Source: Bacteroidota bacterium (GTDB lineage Bacteria > Bacteroidota > Bacteroidia > M30B66). Taken from it: DNA of 64,000 bases. Position numbers and translations under genes: made by a program. The stretch covers positions 83,931-147,930 of the forward strand of contig JAIXUS010000038.1 of NCBI GenBank assembly GCA_027483445.1. The letters are read 5' to 3'. Of this stretch, positions 59,123-64,000 are shown in pieces; the stretch's first letter is position 1, and every line of letters starts with the position of its first letter. The notes beneath the pieces were generated by a model. It made no database searches and was not told the origin of the DNA. It saw only the letters and a program-made list of their open reading frames with translations.

Positions 59123-59904
59123 TCGGAGGTAGCCTCAGTTTTACGATAAACACGAATGTTCCGATTCAGTTCATCCGATTCGATGATTCCATCGCGCAAA
59201 CGGATAATCCGGTGGGCGTGTTGAGCAATGTCCTCTTCGTGGGTGACTATAATAATGGTATTGCCTTTACTGTGAATATCGTGGAGCAAACCCATAATTT
59301 CTATGGATGTTTTTGTATCGAGGTTACCGGTGGGTTCGTCGGCGAGCAAAATGGAAGGGTTGTTTACCAGAGCACGGGCAATGGCTACACGTTGGCGTTG
59401 CCCACCGGAAAGCTCATTGGGTTTGTGCATCACTCTGTCCGACAATCCAACCTGATCAAGGGCTTTTCGGGCGGCAGCATCACGATCATTGCGATTTAAC
59501 CCGGCATAGATCAACGGTAAAATCACGTTGTCGAGTGCGGTAGACCTTGGCAACAAATTGAATGTCTGAAAGATAAACCCAATTTCCTTGTTGCGGATAT
59601 CGGCCAACTCATTGTCAGACAAGCGGGCAACCTCACGGCCGTTCAAGTAATACTCACCTGAGGTTGGCGTATCGAGGCAGCCTAAAATGTTCATCAGTGT
59701 CGACTTTCCCGAGCCTGAAGGGCCCATCAGCGCGACATATTCTCCGCGGGTAATCGTAAGATCTATTGACCGTAACACACGGATTTCTTCCGAGCCCAAC
59801 TGAAAGTTACGTACAATTTTGTGGAGCTCTATGACTGCTTTCGGATTCATTGCATCAAACCTACAGATTCTGGATGAAAAAAGGGACGAAGTGCAAAAAA
59901 ACAC
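59119..59904 (-). CDS. ABC transporter ATP-binding protein (LolD/MacB-type); probable true start at 59850 (MNPKAV…)
   Basis: It has Walker [10 protein letters not shown], the signature LSGGQRQRV, Walker B ILLADEPT and an H-loop. It overlaps the PduO-type gene by 4 nt. Confidence 0.85.
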   Translation of the reverse strand: MFFCTSSLFSSRICRFDAMNPKAVIELHKIVRNFQLGSEEIRVLRSIDLTITRGEYVALMGPSGSGKSTLMNILGCLDTPTSGEYYLNGREVARLSDNELADIRNKEIGFIFQTFNLLPRSTALDNVILPLIYAGLNRNDRDAAARKALDQVGLSDRVMHKPNELSGGQRQRVAIARALVNNPSILLADEPTGNLDTKTSIEIMGLLHDIHSKGNTIIIVTHEEDIAQHAHRIIRLRDGIIESDELNRNIRVYRKTEATSE

Positions 59905-59920
59905 CTCAGCGCTGTTTTCA

Positions 59921-60697
59921 TTAATTCGGATAACGTAAAATAAAGTGTTGTGGTGTTTGCGCCTTTCGGCGGATGAGTATTCCCATTTTACCGATGTCGA
60001 GCTTTAGCTCCCAGAATGGGTCGTCGCAAAGTTGCTTCCAGGCTTTCCACATGCCCGAACTCCAACGGATGTCATCAACCACAACAACCGAATTCTCCGT
60101 AAGGTGTGGCTTAAGCATGTTCATGTATTGAAGCAATGGACCGTAACGGTGGTCGCCATCAAGCAACACCCAATCAGGCTTAAGTCCTCCAAAAAGCAAT
60201 TCTGGCAGTGTTTCAGCAAATGGCCCTTCGTGAAGCATTATTTCGGCGGCCCCGTTTTGCTCGAAAAGCCTGCGGGCAAATTGGGCTGTTCCGGAATGGC
60301 CTTCAAATGTATGAAGTGTGGCAGAGGGGCGGGCATTGTGCAAATAAAGCGTGGTTAAACCCAAACTGCTACCCAACTCGATGATCGTTTTTGGGCGAAA
60401 GAAAAGAACCAACCTAAACAACAGTTCAGCCTCCCTTTCGGGTTGTAAAGCCCTCGCCGCTATATGCGAAACCTTCCTTGTCCGAAACTCACCGGCACCC
60501 CAATCATTCCCTTCAAGCACACGTTCATCGGCCAACAACTGCGCTCGCAACTTTCGCAGCCCAACGAAGGCATAATACGGCCGGCGTTCCAGTATATGGT
60601 GAAAATACAAGTCGTAGATAAAGGGCGAGTGAATCCGGTTTGGACCCTTGCACCGCAAAAAGTAAGAAAACCAAAGCCCTAAAGCCGAAAAATTCAT
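59921..60697 (-). CDS. Class I SAM-dependent methyltransferase (O-methyltransferase/TylF-like)
   Basis: It has a motif I-like [12 protein letters not shown] and VVVVDDI. There is no signal peptide. Confidence 0.65.
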   Translation of the reverse strand: MNFSALGLWFSYFLRCKGPNRIHSPFIYDLYFHHILERRPYYAFVGLRKLRAQLLADERVLEGNDWGAGEFRTRKVSHIAARALQPEREAELLFRLVLFFRPKTIIELGSSLGLTTLYLHNARPSATLHTFEGHSGTAQFARRLFEQNGAAEIMLHEGPFAETLPELLFGGLKPDWVLLDGDHRYGPLLQYMNMLKPHLTENSVVVVDDIRWSSGMWKAWKQLCDDPFWELKLDIGKMGILIRRKAQTPQHFILRYPN

Positions 60698-60897
60698 GCT
60701 GCGAAATACGGTAAAAAGAAAATCAGGGCGCCAAACAAGCGATTATTTAGGAAAGAAATTGAAATCATATTATCCTCATTAACAAATACATAAATAATTC
60801 TTATTTTTTTTGAGCAGGTAAGAATTGCTCCTCATGCCACTTGAGGTTTAGCCGCAACAATTCACTTTTGTATCAGGAAACTTTATACACCTACTTT

Positions 60898-63800
60898 ATG
60901 AAGACCATATTTTCAATTCTATTTACTCTGCTAGCCCTGGCACCGCTAAGTGCACAGATCAGCAGCGACGATTTGGTGATTTTGGGCAATGTCAACAATG
61001 ATATTGATGGCCAACCTGTTCCAAATCATCCAATTTCTGCTTTTGTGAGTGGTATTCCGGTAGCAACAGCCATTTCCGATAGTACCGGCTTCTTTCAAAT
61101 GGTCGTTTTTGGAGGCAGCATGATTGGACCAAACACCGAATACACAGTTACAACCACATCATGCGACGGTCAGATCACATACACCGAACTGGTCATCAAC
61201 GGTCAGGGTACCATTGACTCTTCATTGGTGTTCTTTAGTATTGGCTGTCCCGGTATTCAGCCTTGCCAGGCTTTCATGGATGTTTTAACCGACAACCAAA
61301 CCATTACTGTGGATGGCATCACTTCCGTCAATGCGGCCAGCTACAACTGGACATTCACCGCATTTTCTCCCGACGAATCAACCATCATTGATGAATTCAG
61401 CGCATCAAGTCCACAAACAGTCTACGACCTTCCGCCCACTGCAGGAAAGGTGAATATTTGTCTCACCACCACTTCACAGGAAGGCTGCGTGAGTTCAACC
61501 TGCGAGCAACTCTATTTTTGTTCGGCCAACTTCAACATCACGCAAACCGGCTTCAGCACCTATAGCTTAACGCCATTAGCCAATCAGGATTTGAACAAAA
61601 CTTACGAGTGGACAATCTACGAAAGTGGGATTCCTACTCAGGTTCAAGGGTTTGGCGGAATCAATTTTGATGTTCAACAGAATTCAGAGTATTTGATTTG
61701 CTTTCAGGTAAATGGTCCGGGTGGATGCTTCGCACAAACCTGCGATACCTTGTCAACCATCGACTATTCAAGCTGTCCGGCTGAATTCGTACATACTTAC
61801 AGCAACGGTATGATTGAAGCCTACCCCACATTTGTAGCTCAAATTGGGCTTAATTACACCTGGACGCTTTCTCAGCCCGGCTTGCCCGACTACAGCACTA
61901 CCGGAGGTCCCTTCGCATACTCTGTTATCGGAAACAATGGGGCTACGCTTTGTCTTACCGTAAGCAATCCGTTTACCGGATGCACGAATACAACCTGCCA
62001 GTACATCGAAACCAATCCTTCCAATGGAAACTGTTCAGCCATCCTTTCCACAACAAACCTCGGAAACGATAGCTATTCCTTCTCAGTAACTCCATCAGGT
62101 CCGGTTGAAAGCTATTATTGGTCAATCCATACTTACGACAATTGGGGTAATCCAACCTCGAATGGAATTTTCTCGACCGACTCTACAGCCTTATTGACCA
62201 GCGGCATTCCTTACACGTTTGCCCTTACTTGCGTAGAAATCCTCTTTGCAGATGGCTGTTTTTATGGCGTTTGCGACACGATTATCGCCGCCAATGCGGT
62301 CGACTCCATTTGCAACGCATCTTTCGACGTTTTCACCATTGGGCAGCCCGGCCTTCCGGGAGCTTATCAAATGAGCAGTCAGAATGGTTGGGCCGGTCAG
62401 TCCGTAAATCACACCTGGATTTTCCCTGATGGCTCTCAGGCCTACGACCCTTATCCGGTTTATTTCTTCACCTCACCGGGCACCTTCGAGGTTTGTCACA
62501 TCACCTCTTCCGCTCAGTGGGATTGCTCCGACACCTCGTGTGTAAACATTACCATCGACTCAGTAGCTTCGGGCGGTGGACCTTGCGATGCGAGCTTTAC
62601 TCCAATTGTAATCGAAAATACGGTTGAGCTCGTGCCGGATTCATTCCCACAAATCAATGGAAACCATGCGCAGTGGTTCATCAACGAGATTGGGCCAATC
62701 GACCAGTTTTCTACCAATGTTTATCTGCAGAATGGAACTTATACCGTGTGCTTGCTCGTTTGGAACAACGCAGGCTGCCAGGCTTATTCCTGCGATACAA
62801 TTGTAGTTGATGGAGAGGAATACACTTACTGTCAGGCGTATTTCAGCAACAACAACGATGGCCTAACCGTCAATTTTGAAAATTGGAGCTACACATATCC
62901 AGAACAAGACAGCACTACCTATTTCTGGAATTTTGGCGATGGAAGCACAGCACAAGGGGTTTCACCATCGCACACCTACGCCCAAGAGGGTTGGTATACT
63001 GTAAGCTTAACCATGGTGAGTGGGAATTGCACCAGCGAATACGCCAATTCAATTTACGTAAGCCCCATAAACAGCAGCTGTAATCCGGTTTTCAGTGCAA
63101 CTGTATTAAACAACAATGCCCCGTTTATTGTGCAGGCCAATGCTGCGGTAAATCCATTTGAGGATGGTGTTCAACACATCTGGACAACCTCCGACGGACA
63201 AATAGCCTACGACCACAGTCCACTGTTTTACTTCAATTCGCCGGGAAGCGTTGAAATTTGTCACATCATTGTAAACCCAAGTAGCAATTGCACCGACACC
63301 CTTTGCTCCACCATTAACTTAATCGGCTTGGACTCGCTCGGGTGCTCTGCCTTCTTTACCGCTACACCAAGCGATGCTGCACAACCTGGCCTTTACACCC
63401 TTAGCGCGTTTGTTCAGTCGCCCGACTATACCTATGAATGGAATGTGAATGGCGAGCTGCTGTATGGCGCCAATCAGACTGTTTTGGTTGATCCTGCCGC
63501 AGGCGCCTACGTGTGTCTCACTGTTTACGGAGCCAACGGATGCTTCGACGATTACTGCACAACCATCGTTCCTTCAAGCAATCCAAACCAACTGAGCATT
63601 TGGGGTTCTGTGTTTGCCGGAGCAAACCCTGCAGACATTGGAACAGCAAATCTTTACAGCGCAGATTCTACAGGAATGATGACCCTGGTAGCTACCAGCT
63701 CAATTGTTTCAGGATATTACTTCTTCAGCGGTTTAAATCCTGGAACATACTTCATTCAGGCTTCGCTGAATCCGGAATCGCAATTCTACAGTAACTACGT

Positions 63801-64000
63801 TCCTACGTACTTCGGAAGCCAGTATTATTGGGAATTGGCCGAACCGGTTGTGTTAAGCTTCAATGAGCCGGTGAGCGCTTTTGGCTATCCAATTTCGCTC
63901 ATATTCTCAGGAAACTCCGGTGGACCCGGTGGCATTCAGGGCACAATCGACGATGGTCCATTCCGCCTCATGGATCCGGCGCTCAACAATGGCGCATCGT
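60898..64000 (+). CDS. Large secreted Cys-rich repeat surface protein, at least 1034 aa and 3'-truncated by the window edge; the C-terminal visible part is carboxypeptidase-regulatory-like
   Basis: It is absent from the ORF track because no stop falls inside the window. I translated 60898 to 64000 codon by codon and found no stop. It has a signal peptide MKTIFSILFTLLALAPLSAQ and about 9 modules of roughly 100 aa with paired Cys (…GC…TC…, …VEICHI…NCTDTxC). Its last domain is SIWGSVFAGANPADIGTANLYSADSTG. Confidence 0.75.
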   Translation, partial: MKTIFSILFTLLALAPLSAQISSDDLVILGNVNNDIDGQPVPNHPISAFVSGIPVATAISDSTGFFQMVVFGGSMIGPNTEYTVTTTSCDGQITYTELVINGQGTIDSSLVFFSIGCPGIQPCQAFMDVLTDNQTITVDGITSVNAASYNWTFTAFSPDESTIIDEFSASSPQTVYDLPPTAGKVNICLTTTSQEGCVSSTCEQLYFCSANFNITQTGFSTYSLTPLANQDLNKTYEWTIYESGIPTQVQGFGGINFDVQQNSEYLICFQVNGPGGCFAQTCDTLSTIDYSSCPAEFVHTYSNGMIEAYPTFVAQIGLNYTWTLSQPGLPDYSTTGGPFAYSVIGNNGATLCLTVSNPFTGCTNTTCQYIETNPSNGNCSAILSTTNLGNDSYSFSVTPSGPVESYYWSIHTYDNWGNPTSNGIFSTDSTALLTSGIPYTFALTCVEILFADGCFYGVCDTIIAANAVDSICNASFDVFTIGQPGLPGAYQMSSQNGWAGQSVNHTWIFPDGSQAYDPYPVYFFTSPGTFEVCHITSSAQWDCSDTSCVNITIDSVASGGGPCDASFTPIVIENTVELVPDSFPQINGNHAQWFINEIGPIDQFSTNVYLQNGTYTVCLLVWNNAGCQAYSCDTIVVDGEEYTYCQAYFSNNNDGLTVNFENWSYTYPEQDSTTYFWNFGDGSTAQGVSPSHTYAQEGWYTVSLTMVSGNCTSEYANSIYVSPINSSCNPVFSATVLNNNAPFIVQANAAVNPFEDGVQHIWTTSDGQIAYDHSPLFYFNSPGSVEICHIIVNPSSNCTDTLCSTINLIGLDSLGCSAFFTATPSDAAQPGLYTLSAFVQSPDYTYEWNVNGELLYGANQTVLVDPAAGAYVCLTVYGANGCFDDYCTTIVPSSNPNQLSIWGSVFAGANPADIGTANLYSADSTGMMTLVATSSIVSGYYFFSGLNPGTYFIQASLNPESQFYSNYVPTYFGSQYYWELAEPVVLSFNEPVSAFGYPISLIFSGNSGGPGGIQGTIDDGPFRLMDPALNNGAS

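Noticed and set aside
1-64000. CRISPR arrays, insertion-sequence transposases, toxin-antitoxin pairs
   Set aside because: There are no regularly spaced direct repeats, no DDE or serine-recombinase ORFs and no small overlapping gene pairs of the toxin-antitoxin type anywhere in the window.

Overview
This 64-kb window is a Bacteroidota-type chromosomal segment at roughly 45% GC. It carries housekeeping genes metG, lpdA, secA, nadD, gmk, yicC and comF, plus a mazG-family gene. It also carries an unusually dense set of two-component signalling genes: eight sensor kinases or receivers, one of them split by an in-frame TGA. Several very large secreted proteins are T9SS cargo: three have type-A Por C-terminal domains, one is a 1942-aa PKD giant with no C-terminal domain, and two are mini-proteins that are essentially a bare type-B C-terminal domain. 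A tRNA-Arg(CCT) is followed by a bidirectional terminator. On the minus strand between 50.6 and 60.7 kb, twelve genes run in the same direction. They include an ECF sigma factor, an anti-sigma factor, a DUF2807-like protein, a TerY-like vWA protein next to a 386-aa unknown, and a PduO-type adenosyltransferase with an ABC ATPase and a methyltransferase. Two things are absent from the ORF track. First, a 3'-truncated ORF of at least 1034 aa runs from 60898 off the window end, encoding a Cys-rich repeat surface protein. Second, a family of GGCGCC-bounded mosaic intergenic elements occurs at three loci: module A at 18.9 kb and 50.4 kb, and module B at 4.45 kb and 19.2 kb. These have conserved blocks, variable hairpins and compensatory changes, and look like MITE/REP-type or structured-RNA elements. 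I found no CRISPR array, integrase, transposase or prophage. Coordinates that I derived by hand for non-ORF features may be off by 1-2 nt.
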